From positions 17,054 through 81,053 of the forward strand of contig CANKZE010000001.1 of NCBI GenBank assembly GCA_947488545.1: a stretch of 64,000 nucleotides of DNA, in the 5' to 3' direction. The position numbers and the translations under genes were made by a program. A model generated the notes under the pieces. It was not told the origin of the DNA. It worked only from the letters and a program-made list of their open reading frames with translations, and searched no databases. Shown one piece after another: positions 35,892 through 46,595 of this stretch (the stretch's first letter is position 1; each line of letters opens with the position of its first letter). The DNA comes from Bacteroidota bacterium (GTDB taxonomy: Bacteria; Bacteroidota; Bacteroidia; Flavobacteriales; Flavobacteriaceae).

Positions 35892-38384
35892 TTAGAAAAA
35901 AATACCGAATGATCCTTTAATTCCAAAATTATTGGATTGAGGAGTAATATAAGAACCTCTCCAGCTAAATTCTATTCTAAAAACCTTATATATATTTCCA
36001 ATTCCTGCGTTGTATTCCCAATAAACATTTTCGGGGGCTTTATAATTAATTCCTGAGGCATTTAAAGCTCTACTGCCATCGGTAATTGATCCATAAGCCC
36101 CTCTAATACCAATGGTTTCTCTCAAATTGAATTTTCTTAAATAGGGAATTCTTGCAAAAATTCTACCGCCAAAATTATGCTCTAGTTGAAGAGTTGCATA
36201 TTGATCGGCTTCAAATTCATAAAAATTCAATAGGTTGAATGTGTTTCTAATCGTGAAATAAGTTTGGTTACCAGGAATAATACTCATCAATCCTAAAGGT
36301 ACCGAGCCAAAGGTTTTTCCTAACTCCATTGTAGAATTTAATACTCCGAACGGACCAATAATAAATGGTTGCTTATAATAAATTTGTAGTTTTTTATATT
36401 CAAAATCGCTATCTAAAAACCCTTTTATTCCCATGCTATAGTTGATAAAAAATCGAGGATAGGGACTACTCACAATTTGACGTTCAACCGCATATCCAAC
36501 AGTTTTTCTGCCTGGAGTATAATCAATTTGGAAATTAACTTCCGATTGATTTAAATCTGCTCTAATTACTCCACCATTACCTAAAGCATCTGGCTTTGTA
36601 ATGTAATAGTCTAATTTAAATTCTGGCGAAGCTGAAACCAGTGTCCTGTAGGAGAATCCTGTTTGAAAAGTTACGTTTTTTAATGGCTCCATTTCGACTG
36701 CAAAAGAGGAAAAATTGATATTGGTTAATTTACCATTATTTCCACCAGCAAACAAAGATGATGATGCGAAACTCCTACCTAAAACATCATTGGACGTGGT
36801 TAAACTTGCTCCTATTTGTTCAACGTCTCTTCGAGTTCCTCCTTCTATAATTAATCGATTGTTCCTATTTAATAGCCACTTTCCTGAAACACCATATTTA
36901 AATTTGTTGTCCTTAAAACCATATGCTGTGTAAGCCTGAATTCTCCACAAATCATTAGGTCCAAAATACGTTCTTCCTCCTACTCGTAATCGAAATCCTT
37001 CCACATTATTAAAACCAACAGTGGATAATACTGGACCGTAATCAATAATTCCATCATGGTAATAACCACTCCCTAAAATGGTGACAATATCATATAATTG
37101 CCTGAATTTTCTATTAGTTTGTAGGGTATCAAGCATTTTATAAATACCCTTTTCATCTTTATTCAAATTCTCAAATCGATTTTCTTCCCAATATTCATCT
37201 GATTTAGTGAAAATAGATTCCTCTTTATCAAAAGTTTGTTCTTTATAAAAATCAGTTGGTTTCTTAATATTAAACTCATGATTTCGATAAAGGGTAGTTC
37301 TTTTACCGTACATCCCTCTCGAAGTTTCTTTTTTGCTTAATGCAAAATCGGTCATCATGTAATCTCGGGTTAATAAGAAAACTGAGTCATTCATAACCTC
37401 AAATTCTTGTTCTATATAAATGTCCTTTACCCAGTTAATATTAGCACTTTTGGTTGAGGCCATATTGATATTTTTGATGGCATAGGTAGTGTCGGCAACC
37501 CAAAAATCACCTTTAAAAGTCAATTCACTTTTTCTTCTAGGGTAAAATACAATGTTGTAACACCACTTTTTTCCTATGTATGAACTGTCTCTTAAAACAT
37601 AATTGTATACATCGATTCCGGTTCTAGAAAGCGGACTTGTAAAACTCTTGTCAAAGAAATTTAAGTAATTGTTATAAATGTCGTTCTCGTTATAAAGGTC
37701 TTTTACAAACTCAATTATTTGTTGATTGGTATTGAATCCAGAGTTTTTATTGGCTTTCAAAATTTCTTTGACTTTGCCTCGTACATTATCTCCATAAACA
37801 TTGGAAAGGGCTTCATTAATAAAAACTGGTAAATACGTTTTCCCGGTAACTTTTGAAGTGTCAACCTGTTTAAATATAAACTCCATTCCTTTGAAAATCT
37901 TACTTTTCATGAAAGCGCTATCGATGGTGTTCATATCAAATTCAAGCTTTTCATACTTCTCCATTTGATATTGATTGAACTGACGCAACCCATTTTTACG
38001 TCTATGTTCCCATATTTTTCTCAGGATATCAATAGCTGGGTTATTTTTTTTGGAGGTTTTTCCTGAATAAATTACCACTTCATTCAATTTTACACCATCG
38101 GAAATTTTAACCTTAAAATCATAATTTACCGCTTTTGGCAAGGCAACTTCTTTGGTTTGAAATCCGGAAAAGGAAACCACAATTACTTTGTAGTTGAGTT
38201 GAGATTCTAAATAAAAACGACCGTCTTCATTTGATACCACCCCTTCGTTTGTTCCTTTAAACATAATATTGGCAAACGGAACGGGCTGGTTTTTATCATC
38301 TACAACCATTCCACTTACCTTAGTTTGGGCATTGGCATAAAAAGATAAAATCAGGAAAAGGGTAATAAATAATTTGAATTTCAT
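35892..38384 (-). CDS. DUF5686 / CarboxypepD_reg-like outer-membrane protein
   Basis: Signal peptide, VSGMVVDD...VPFANI...DGRF domain, C-terminal Phe. Start is 38384 or 38405. Confidence 0.8.
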   Translation of the reverse strand: MKFKLFITLFLILSFYANAQTKVSGMVVDDKNQPVPFANIMFKGTNEGVVSNEDGRFYLESQLNYKVIVVSFSGFQTKEVALPKAVNYDFKVKISDGVKLNEVVIYSGKTSKKNNPAIDILRKIWEHRRKNGLRQFNQYQMEKYEKLEFDMNTIDSAFMKSKIFKGMEFIFKQVDTSKVTGKTYLPVFINEALSNVYGDNVRGKVKEILKANKNSGFNTNQQIIEFVKDLYNENDIYNNYLNFFDKSFTSPLSRTGIDVYNYVLRDSSYIGKKWCYNIVFYPRRKSELTFKGDFWVADTTYAIKNINMASTKSANINWVKDIYIEQEFEVMNDSVFLLTRDYMMTDFALSKKETSRGMYGKRTTLYRNHEFNIKKPTDFYKEQTFDKEESIFTKSDEYWEENRFENLNKDEKGIYKMLDTLQTNRKFRQLYDIVTILGSGYYHDGIIDYGPVLSTVGFNNVEGFRLRVGGRTYFGPNDLWRIQAYTAYGFKDNKFKYGVSGKWLLNRNNRLIIEGGTRRDVEQIGASLTTSNDVLGRSFASSSLFAGGNNGKLTNINFSSFAVEMEPLKNVTFQTGFSYRTLVSASPEFKLDYYITKPDALGNGGVIRADLNQSEVNFQIDYTPGRKTVGYAVERQIVSSPYPRFFINYSMGIKGFLDSDFEYKKLQIYYKQPFIIGPFGVLNSTMELGKTFGSVPLGLMSIIPGNQTYFTIRNTFNLLNFYEFEADQYATLQLEHNFGGRIFARIPYLRKFNLRETIGIRGAYGSITDGSRALNASGINYKAPENVYWEYNAGIGNIYKVFRIEFSWRGSYITPQSNNFGIKGSFGIFF

Positions 38385-38445
38385 AAGAAAAAAAAACTTC
38401 ACCATTTTTTTGATGAAGTTTCAAATATAGTAATTTTATTATTCA

Positions 38446-38479
38446 AAAAGAGTTTTGCAAAACTGTTCAAACTCTTTTT
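38446..38479 (-). terminator. Terminator after pdhB
   Basis: aaaagagttt...aaactctttt inverted repeat. Confidence 0.6.
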
Positions 38480-38492
38480 ATTCCACTATAAA

Positions 38493-39473
38493 TTATTTTT
38501 TGTACATAACTTTTTTAACAGCTGCTATCACATCGGTAGCGTTAGGCAACCATTCTTTCAACAATGTTGGAGAATACGGCGCAGGAGTATCTGCAGTGGT
38601 AATTCTTTGAATTGGAGCATCTAGAAAATCAAAAGCGCGTTCTTGAACAATATAAGTAATTTCAGAAGCAACACTTGCAAAAGGCCAAGCCTCTTCCAAA
38701 ACTACCAATCTATTTGTTTTTCTAACAGAAGTTAAAATAGCATCGTAATCCATTGGACGAACCGTTCTTAAATCGATAATTTCACAAGAAATTCCTTCTT
38801 TAGCTAATTCATCGGCAGCAATATGAGCCTCTTTAATAATTTTTCCAAAAGACACAATCGTTACATCAGTACCTTCTCTTTTAATATCGGCAACTCCAAG
38901 TGGAATAATGAAATCTCCATCTGGCACTTCTCCTTTATCACCATACATTTGTTCAGATTCCATGAAAATTACAGGATCGTTATCACGAATTGCCGCTTTC
39001 AATAAACCTTTAGCATCATAAACAGTTGAAGGAACTACCACTTTTAATCCTGGAGTATTGGCAAACCAATTTTCAAATGCCTGTGAGTGAGTTGCACCTA
39101 GTTGACCTGCAGATGCTGTTGGACCTCTAAATACCATTGGCATCGGAAATTGTCCAGCAGACATTTGACGCATCTTAGCTGCATTATTAATGATTTGATC
39201 AATACCAACTAATGAGAAATTGAAAGTCATATATTCAACGATTGGACGACAACCATTCATGGCAGAACCAACTGCAATTCCGGCAAATCCTAACTCGGCA
39301 ATTGGAGTGTCAATTACACGTTTTGGACCAAATTCGTCTAACATTCCTTTTGAGGCTTTGTAAGCTCCGTTGTATTCAGCAACTTCTTCACCCATTAAAT
39401 ATACGGCTTCATCACGACGCATTTCTTCACTCATTGCTTCAGCAATCGCTTCTCTAAATTGTATAGTTCTCAT
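38493..39473 (-). CDS. pdhB: Pyruvate dehydrogenase E1 beta subunit
   Basis: GEEVAEYNGAYK, DTPIAE, VFRGP, HSQ. Confidence 0.95.
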   Translation of the reverse strand: MRTIQFREAIAEAMSEEMRRDEAVYLMGEEVAEYNGAYKASKGMLDEFGPKRVIDTPIAELGFAGIAVGSAMNGCRPIVEYMTFNFSLVGIDQIINNAAKMRQMSAGQFPMPMVFRGPTASAGQLGATHSQAFENWFANTPGLKVVVPSTVYDAKGLLKAAIRDNDPVIFMESEQMYGDKGEVPDGDFIIPLGVADIKREGTDVTIVSFGKIIKEAHIAADELAKEGISCEIIDLRTVRPMDYDAILTSVRKTNRLVVLEEAWPFASVASEITYIVQERAFDFLDAPIQRITTADTPAPYSPTLLKEWLPNATDVIAAVKKVMYKK

Positions 39474-39559
39474 ATTTATGAAAATGTGTTTCTTAAATTT
39501 TGAGCAAAAATAATTATTTTATACCATTTTAAGCACAAAAATCTTTAAAATTATTTGGA

Positions 39560-39623
39560 GCTTTTTCCTGCTTTCCTCTTTATCCTCGCCCAAAAGCGAG
39601 GGATACCGCTTCAATCAGGGCTA
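39560..39623 (+). repeat. Structured intergenic repeat, copy B (candidate Flavo-1-like RNA motif)
   Basis: gctttttcctgctttcctctttatc-[ctcgc/gcgag hairpin]-ggataccgcttcaatcagggcta. Confidence 0.6.
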
Positions 39624-39737
39624 CGAAATCGATTTAGTATTGCCGTTTTGTTGAAAAATAATATGCGCGCATAGTAAATTGAATCAAATTTATTACTAAT
39701 TTAGTGGCCGAATTATTACACTAAAAATTTTATATAA

Positions 39738-40484
39738 ATGAATATATTAGTTTGCATTAGTCACGTTCCTGATACTACTTCAAAAATTAACTTTACTAAT
39801 AACGATACTCTTTTTGATACCAATGGAGTTCAATTTGTAATCAACCCAAATGATGAGTTTGGATTAACACGTGCCATTTGGTTTCAAGAACAACAAGGAG
39901 CAAATGTAACTGTTGTAAATGTGGGAGGGCCAGAAACCGAGCCAACATTAAGAAAAGCATTAGCAATTGGTGCTAACGAGGCCATCAGAGTAAATGCTGA
40001 CCCAACAGACGGTTTTTTTGTTGCAAAACAATTAGCGGAAGTAATAAAAAATGGAAATTACGATTTGGTAATTGCAGGAAAAGAATCCTTAGATTATAAT
40101 GGTGGAATGGTTCCAGGAATGATTGCAGGATTGTTAGGTTTCAACTTTATTAATTCTTGTGTAGCATTAACAGTTGAAGGAAATTCAGTTACAGCATCAA
40201 GAGAAATTGACGGTGGAAAAGAAATTGTAAATTCTCAATTGCCATTAATTATTGGTGGTCAAAAAGGCTTGGTTGAAGAAAAAGACCTTCGTATTCCAAA
40301 CATGAGAGGAATTATGACTGCAAGAACTAAGGTGTTAACAATTATAGAACCTGTTGGAGGTGATTCAAAAACAGCTACTGTTAAATTTGAAAAACCAGCT
40401 CCTAAATCAGCTGTGAAATTAGTTAGCGCCGATAATTTGGACGAATTAATCAGTTTATTACACAACGAAGCGAAAGTGATTTAG
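39738..40484 (+). CDS. etfB: Electron transfer flavoprotein beta subunit
   Basis: ILVCISHVPDT, LRKALAIGA, REIDGG, LRIPNMRGIM. Confidence 0.95.
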   Translation: MNILVCISHVPDTTSKINFTNNDTLFDTNGVQFVINPNDEFGLTRAIWFQEQQGANVTVVNVGGPETEPTLRKALAIGANEAIRVNADPTDGFFVAKQLAEVIKNGNYDLVIAGKESLDYNGGMVPGMIAGLLGFNFINSCVALTVEGNSVTASREIDGGKEIVNSQLPLIIGGQKGLVEEKDLRIPNMRGIMTARTKVLTIIEPVGGDSKTATVKFEKPAPKSAVKLVSADNLDELISLLHNEAKVI

Positions 40485-40496
40485 GAAGAAAAAAAT

Positions 40497-40572
40497 AATT
40501 ATAAATTTTAAATTATAAATGTTGAATTGGCTTATCAAAAACTTTTAAAATTTAAAATTCAAAATTTAAAAA
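40497..40572. repeat. Inverted pair of AT-rich heptamer arrays (etfB/etfA junction)
   Basis: aattata aatttta aattata aatgttg aatt ... ttttaaa atttaaa attcaaa atttaaa. Confidence 0.55.
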
Positions 40573-40580
40573 ATAGAAAA

Positions 40581-41558
40581 ATGTCAATATTAATTTACGC
40601 AGAATCTGCTCCCGACACTTCGGGAGGAAAATTTAAAAAAGTAGCATTTGAATTGGCTTCCTATGCTAAAAAAGTAGCAGAATCATTAGGTACTACTGTA
40701 ACTGCAATCACCATAAACACAAATGATGTTTCTGAATTAGCCAATTATGGAGTGGATAAAGTTCTAAAAGTGAACAACCCAAAATTAGCTGGATTTACAG
40801 CTAAAGCTTATGCAGATGCAATAAAGCAAGCAGCACAAAAGGAAAATTCACAAGTGATTATTTTATCATCAACTACGGATAGTTTGTATTTAGCGCCTCT
40901 AGTTTCTATTTCTTTAGAAGCAGGATTTGCATCCAATGTTGTTGGGCTTCCACAAAGTTTATCTCCATTTCAAGTGAAAAGAAATGGATTTTCAAATAAA
41001 GCATTTTTAACAACAGAAATTTCAACACCGATAAAAGTGCTTAGTATTTCTAAAAATTCTTACGGTACATTTGAAAATAAAACCAGTATAACAGAAGAAG
41101 ATTTTAACCCTTCAATTGATGACGCTGATTTCGGAGTAAAAGTAGTTTCAGTTGAAAAAGCTTCTGGTAAAGTAACTATTGCCGATGCCGATGTTGTAGT
41201 TTCTGCAGGTCGTGGATTAAAAGGGCCGGAAAACTGGGGAATGATAGAAGAATTAGCAACCGTTTTAGGAGCGGCAACAGCATGTTCAAAGCCAGTTTCT
41301 GATTTAGGTTGGCGTCCTCACGGGGAACACGTAGGTCAAACAGGGAAGCCAGTAGCGGCTAATTTATACATTGCTATTGGAATTTCAGGCGCTATTCAAC
41401 ACATCGCGGGAATCAATTCTTCAAAAGTAAAAGTGGTAATCAATACAGATGCTGAAGCTCCATTTTTCAAAGTTGCAGACTACGGAATAGTTGGAGACGC
41501 GTTTGAAATTGTACCTAAATTAATCGATAAATTAAAAGCATTTAAAGCGAATAATTAA
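40581..41558 (+). CDS. etfA: Electron transfer flavoprotein alpha subunit
   Basis: VVVSAGRG, VGQTGK, YIAIGISGAIQH. ATG at 40581; the ORF-track extension is repeat-derived. Confidence 0.95.
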   Translation: MSILIYAESAPDTSGGKFKKVAFELASYAKKVAESLGTTVTAITINTNDVSELANYGVDKVLKVNNPKLAGFTAKAYADAIKQAAQKENSQVIILSSTTDSLYLAPLVSISLEAGFASNVVGLPQSLSPFQVKRNGFSNKAFLTTEISTPIKVLSISKNSYGTFENKTSITEEDFNPSIDDADFGVKVVSVEKASGKVTIADADVVVSAGRGLKGPENWGMIEELATVLGAATACSKPVSDLGWRPHGEHVGQTGKPVAANLYIAIGISGAIQHIAGINSSKVKVVINTDAEAPFFKVADYGIVGDAFEIVPKLIDKLKAFKANN

Positions 41559-41580
41559 AAAATATCTTAACTTATTTATT

Positions 41581-41618
41581 AGGTTGCCAGAGTTTATATA
41601 ATTCCGGCAACCTTTTTT
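41581..41618 (+). terminator. Terminator after etfA
   Basis: aggttgcc...ggcaacct followed by a T-tract. Confidence 0.8.
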
Positions 41619-41671
41619 ATTTTAAACAAATTTCTTTGTAACTTTATTCAATTCATTGTACTTTTGCAACT

Positions 41672-42292
41672 ATGAGCTTAGTAAAACTTACAATACAAGG
41701 AATTTCATACAGCCAAACTCAAAATGGAGCTTACGCTTTGATTTTGAATGAAGTTGACGGTGATAGAAAACTCCCAATTGTTATTGGAGCATTCGAAGCT
41801 CAATCTATTGCAATCGCTTTAGAAAAAGAAATTAAACCACCTCGCCCACTTACACACGACTTATTCAAAAATTTTGCTGAACGTTTTGACATTGTTGTAA
41901 AACAAGTGATCATTCATAAATTAGTAGATGGCGTTTTCTACTCGAGTATTATTTGTGAAAGAGATAAAATCGAAGAGATAATTGACGCACGTACTTCTGA
42001 TGCGATTGCATTGGCTTTACGTTTCAAAGCTCCTATTTTTACCTATAAAAACATACTTGAAAAAGCAGGTATTTATATGAAAACTAATTTGATGGATGAT
42101 GAAAATAGTCCAAAAGAAATAGATGAAAGTTTGTCAAACGCAAACACTTATGGAGTAGAAGACAATGCGGTAACGGGAAGTGCCTATTCAAAAAATAGCT
42201 TAGCTGAATTGGCTGAATTATTAGAAATAGCAGTTGAAAAAGAAGATTATCGCGAAGCAGCTAAAATTCGAGATGAAATATCAAAGAGATAA
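41672..42292 (+). CDS. Bifunctional nuclease family (DUF151) protein with UVR domain
   Basis: LPIVIGAFEA, RPLTHDL, DARTSDAIALA; C-terminal EDYREAAKIRDEI. Confidence 0.92.
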   Translation: MSLVKLTIQGISYSQTQNGAYALILNEVDGDRKLPIVIGAFEAQSIAIALEKEIKPPRPLTHDLFKNFAERFDIVVKQVIIHKLVDGVFYSSIICERDKIEEIIDARTSDAIALALRFKAPIFTYKNILEKAGIYMKTNLMDDENSPKEIDESLSNANTYGVEDNAVTGSAYSKNSLAELAELLEIAVEKEDYREAAKIRDEISKR

Positions 42293-42333
42293 ATAAACAG
42301 TATCTTTTCAAATTTAAATACATAAATAAAATT

Positions 42334-43617
42334 ATGAAAATAAAATATATCCTCAATTTACTTATAGTATTAGTTTGTCAGATTTCATTTTCTCAAGATT
42401 ACTATTTGCATTGCGGTACCATAATTGATACTAAAAGCGGAAAAGAATTCAAGAATAAAACAATCGTTATTTCTAAAAACAAAATTGCAAAAATTGAAGA
42501 CGGCTTTTTTAAAAAAGCTAAAGAAGCAGACATTGAAGTTGATCTAAAAAACAAATACATTCTCCCAGGACTTATAGATTTACATGTTCACATTGAAGGC
42601 GATTATGACAGTCATAGTTACATTTCAAAATATGTAGACAATGATGCGGATGTTGCTTTTCGATCAGTCCGTTCTGCAGAAATAACTTTACTTTCAGGAT
42701 TTACAACCGTTCGAGATTTAGGTGGAACTGGAGTTAATATTTCTTTACGAAACGCTATAAATAAAGGTGTTGTAAAAGGACCTAGAATATACACCGCTGG
42801 TAAATCAATTGCCACTACCGGAGGTCACGCAGACCCTACTAATGGAAGTAATAAAAAATTTGTTGGCGATCCTGGACCTCATGAGGGAGTGATAAATTCT
42901 CCTGAAGATGCAGTGAAAGCAGTCAGAGAACGTTACAAAGAAGGAGCAGATGTAATTAAGATAACAGCAACCGGCGGAGTACTTAGTGTTGCGAAAAATA
43001 GCAAAAATCCACAGTTTACAATTGAGGAAATTAAGGCAATTACATCCACTGCAAAAGATTATAATATGCTCACAGCGGCACACGCGCATGGAGATGAAGG
43101 TATTCAAAGAGCCATATTAGGTGGTGTTAAAACTATTGAGCACGGAACTTATATGAGTGAAGAATCTATGGATTTAATGAAAAAATACGATGCCTATTTA
43201 GTTCCAACATTAACAGCTGGAAAAGAGGTAGAAAAAAATGCTGAAATAGATGGTTTTTATCCTGAAATTGTAGTTCCAAAAGCAAGAGAAATTGGTCCTA
43301 AAATTCAAGCTACTTTTTCCAAAGCATATAAAAAAGGGGTGAAAATTGCCTTTGGTACCGATGCAAGTGTTTTTCCTCACGGAACCAATGCTAAGGAATT
43401 TAGCTATATGGTTTTGGGCGGCATGACGCCAATTGAAGCTATACAAGCAGCTACAACAACTAATGCCTTTTTATTAGGAATTGATAATGAAGTTGGGCAA
43501 ATAAAAGAAGGTTTTTTCGCAGATATAATTGCGGTAAATGAAAATCCGCTAGTTAAAATAACTACATTAGAGAATGTGATATTTGTAATGAAAGATGGGG
43601 TTATATACAAAAACTAA
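42334..43617 (+). CDS. Secreted metal-dependent amidohydrolase (Xaa-Pro dipeptidase-like)
   Basis: PGLIDLHVH, GFTTVRDLG, AAHAHG, IEHG, FGTD, ADIIAV. Confidence 0.88.
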   Translation: MKIKYILNLLIVLVCQISFSQDYYLHCGTIIDTKSGKEFKNKTIVISKNKIAKIEDGFFKKAKEADIEVDLKNKYILPGLIDLHVHIEGDYDSHSYISKYVDNDADVAFRSVRSAEITLLSGFTTVRDLGGTGVNISLRNAINKGVVKGPRIYTAGKSIATTGGHADPTNGSNKKFVGDPGPHEGVINSPEDAVKAVRERYKEGADVIKITATGGVLSVAKNSKNPQFTIEEIKAITSTAKDYNMLTAAHAHGDEGIQRAILGGVKTIEHGTYMSEESMDLMKKYDAYLVPTLTAGKEVEKNAEIDGFYPEIVVPKAREIGPKIQATFSKAYKKGVKIAFGTDASVFPHGTNAKEFSYMVLGGMTPIEAIQAATTTNAFLLGIDNEVGQIKEGFFADIIAVNENPLVKITTLENVIFVMKDGVIYKN

Positions 43618-43665
43618 TTGGTACACTTTTATAAACTAAAATTTTAAACAATAAAATAAAAGCTG

Positions 43666-44490
43666 ATGAAGCAATATTTAGACTTAGTAAAACACGTATT
43701 AGAAAACGGAACTCAAAAAGGAGATCGAACAGGAACAGGGACAAAGAGTGTTTTTGGATATCAAATGCGTTTTGATTTAAGTGAAGGTTTTCCTATGGTT
43801 ACAACCAAAAAATTGCATCTTAAATCAATAATTTATGAATTGCTTTGGTTTTTAAAAGGAGAAACAAATATTGCTTATTTGAAAGAAAATGGCGTTAAAA
43901 TTTGGGATGAATGGGCAAATGAAAATGGCGATTTAGGTCCCGTTTATGGTCACCAATGGCGCAATTGGAACAGTGAAGAAATAGATCAAATTTCAGAAAT
44001 TATTGAGGCTTTAAAAACCAATCCAAATAGCCGTAGAATGCTAGTTTCAGCTTGGAATCCTAGTGTTTTGCCAGATACAACAAAATCATTTGCTGAAAAT
44101 GTAGCGAATGGGAAAGTAGCATTGCCTCCGTGTCATGCCTTTTTCCAATTTTATGTTTCAGAAGGAAAATTATCTTGTCAGTTGTATCAAAGAAGTGCCG
44201 ATATCTTTTTAGGAGTACCTTTTAATATCGCTTCTTATGCCTTATTGACAATGATGATTGCTCAAGTTTGTGATTTAAAAGTTGGAGAATTTATTCACAC
44301 TTTTGGAGATGCACATATTTACAATAATCATTTTGAACAAGTAGAACTCCAACTTTCTAGAGACACACGTCCACTGCCAAAAATGATTATCAATCCTGAA
44401 ATAAAAAATATTTTCGACTTCAAATTTGAGGATTTCACACTAGAAGGCTACGACCCGCATCCTGGAATTCGAGGAGAAGTTGCGGTTTAA
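43666..44490 (+). CDS. thyA: Thymidylate synthase
   Basis: [36 protein letters not shown]. Confidence 0.98.
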   Translation: MKQYLDLVKHVLENGTQKGDRTGTGTKSVFGYQMRFDLSEGFPMVTTKKLHLKSIIYELLWFLKGETNIAYLKENGVKIWDEWANENGDLGPVYGHQWRNWNSEEIDQISEIIEALKTNPNSRRMLVSAWNPSVLPDTTKSFAENVANGKVALPPCHAFFQFYVSEGKLSCQLYQRSADIFLGVPFNIASYALLTMMIAQVCDLKVGEFIHTFGDAHIYNNHFEQVELQLSRDTRPLPKMIINPEIKNIFDFKFEDFTLEGYDPHPGIRGEVAV

Positions 44491-45419
44491 ACTTCTGTAA
44501 TTTCTTTTAAAATATCAATATTCTCAGGCAAAGTTCCAATATTTTGAAGTTTTATACTTGCTAATTTCTGAGCAATTGTAATACATTCATCGAAATCCAT
44601 TTTATTCAATATTGCAAATAAAAATCCTGACCAAAAAGCATCACCTGCTCCGGTAACATCTTCAATATGGTCTAATTTTAACGCTTCTTGAAATAGTATT
44701 CCTGAATTGACATTTGATAATTTGACACCATTTTTCCCTTTGGTCAAACAGATTGTTGACACACCTAATTTATGGAAATAGTCAAAAATATATTCGTCTG
44801 ATTTGTACTCATTAAATAGCCTGAAACAGTCGTCGTCACTAAGTTTAACCAATGGATCTAAACTTAAAAATTCAGTTAAAACAGAAAGAGCTTCTTGTCT
44901 ATCGTTCCATATTTTTTCAGAAAAATTAATATCGATACTTAATTGAAGTCCCAATTCTTTTGCTTTAATAGCTTTTTTTAAAATTGTACTTCTTGCAGGA
45001 TCTTTGCTTAAAGCAAAACAGGTGGTATGAAATATTTTTGAATTTAATAATAGTTCGTCGGGTAATTGACTTTCAATAATTTCAGAATCAGCGTTTCTAA
45101 ATGCTTTAAAATCGGGAGTTATAATTGATTTAGAAATGTAAATTACTGAAGTTGTATTTGAACTTGAATTTCTATAAAAATTGGTATTTACTTTATTGTC
45201 TTTTAAAGTATCTAAAATAAATTCTCCTAAATTGTCATTTCCTCCGGTAGCAATAAGTATTGTATTAAGTCCTAAACGAGTTGTATTTAGAGCTACATTT
45301 GTTGGAGAACCTCCTAAAAAACGTTGAAAATTACTATTGTTTTCAATAGAAGTAATTTGATCTCCTATAAAATCAACAATAACCTCCCCTACGCATATAA
45401 TATCTATATTAGTATTCAA
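44487..45419 (-). CDS. PfkB family carbohydrate kinase (fructokinase-like)
   Basis: [20 protein letters not shown]. Confidence 0.88.
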   Translation of the reverse strand: MNTNIDIICVGEVIVDFIGDQITSIENNSNFQRFLGGSPTNVALNTTRLGLNTILIATGGNDNLGEFILDTLKDNKVNTNFYRNSSSNTTSVIYISKSIITPDFKAFRNADSEIIESQLPDELLLNSKIFHTTCFALSKDPARSTILKKAIKAKELGLQLSIDINFSEKIWNDRQEALSVLTEFLSLDPLVKLSDDDCFRLFNEYKSDEYIFDYFHKLGVSTICLTKGKNGVKLSNVNSGILFQEALKLDHIEDVTGAGDAFWSGFLFAILNKMDFDECITIAQKLASIKLQNIGTLPENIDILKEITEV

Positions 45420-46595
45420 TTATATTAAAAATTTAAAATTAGTATTTATACTTTGATGTAAAAAAACTGCAGCTGCAGCGCTCCAAGCACAAAATGATAC
45501 ACCATTTGGATTGGCTGTTTCTGAATTAAAATTCTCAGAAAAACTGAAGTTATTTATCTCATTTGCTTTATTAATTGCATTTAAAATTTGAGTTGATTTT
45601 TCTATCTGATTCTTTTGAATTAAAGCCAATCCATAAAACCCGTTCACCATTGGCCAACTACCGCCATTGTGAAATTCGTTTGGATAATTTCGAAATTCAT
45701 ATTTGCAATTATTTTTCAATAAGTTCCAATCCAAATCGGTTGGTTTTATTGGTGGCCAAAAAGCAGGAATAAGCTTCATCTTAGTTTGGCTTACAATTTT
45801 TTCAAAAGACAATAAAATTTCATTTTGAAAATTATTTGTTCCAATATTTAAAATAAGTGCAAGTGAATTTGCGAAAGCATCAAATTGAATTTTATATCCT
45901 GATGGAGAAAACGAACAAGGCATATATCCTGAAAAACCCATTTCATTATAGGCTCTTTCGTGGTATTTTGGTTTCAAATTATTTGGGGTGAAATTGATTT
46001 CAAGTTGAGAAATAATATTCTTGATTTTAATACCAATTTCGAGATTTTTTTGGAAATAATTATACGATTTTAAGGCCCAAATTCTTAACAATTGATCATA
46101 TAAAACATAGCCATCGGTAATGTATTCATCAGCCCAATTTCCAGAAAGCGGCACGTACATTAAATGCTGATTATTAAATTCCCAAGCTTCTAAAAGGGAA
46201 AGGCATTTTTGAATTTGAGGTTCATATTTAATTATGATTGAATTGTCTTTTTTATAATAAGCATATTGACAAATACCAATAATAAACCAAGTAACAGCGT
46301 CAACTCTTCCTGCTAAACCACCATAACTTACCTCGCTTCTGTTATCATTTACCAATACATTTGAAGGAATAGTGCCGTTTTTATGTTGGTTTAATGCTAA
46401 AGTATTTAAGGTGTTTTCGAAGGTATTTATTAATTCGGTATTTCCAGAAGCTAAGGCTGCTAAACCACATATAACACCATCCCTCGCCCAAACTCTTTTA
46501 TAGTTCGAGGTATTTTCTTTACTAGCAAGAAACCCTTCGGAAGAAGAACATTCTTGAAGCAACTCAATAGCTTTTATATAACTCAAATTATTCAT
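45420..46595 (-). CDS. Glycoside hydrolase, GH100-like (alkaline/neutral invertase-type)
   Basis: NYKRVWARD, GRVDAVTWF, FHNGGSWP, WSAA; no signal peptide. Confidence 0.75.
   Translation of the reverse strand: MNNLSYIKAIELLQECSSSEGFLASKENTSNYKRVWARDGVICGLAALASGNTELINTFENTLNTLALNQHKNGTIPSNVLVNDNRSEVSYGGLAGRVDAVTWFIIGICQYAYYKKDNSIIIKYEPQIQKCLSLLEAWEFNNQHLMYVPLSGNWADEYITDGYVLYDQLLRIWALKSYNYFQKNLEIGIKIKNIISQLEINFTPNNLKPKYHERAYNEMGFSGYMPCSFSPSGYKIQFDAFANSLALILNIGTNNFQNEILLSFEKIVSQTKMKLIPAFWPPIKPTDLDWNLLKNNCKYEFRNYPNEFHNGGSWPMVNGFYGLALIQKNQIEKSTQILNAINKANEINNFSFSENFNSETANPNGVSFCAWSAAAAVFLHQSINTNFKFLI

Noticed and set aside
38389-38429. Attenuator hairpin immediately before the DUF5686 gene
   Set aside because: The hairpin with U-tract overlaps the presumed TSS and is equally explained as a second terminator for pdhB read-through.
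40527-40580. N-terminal extension of EtfA in the ORF track
   Set aside because: It is translated AT-rich repeat sequence; ATG 40581 gives the normal N-terminus. Similar over-extensions were trimmed for amt, gldA, abi, lacI, trmH and purH.
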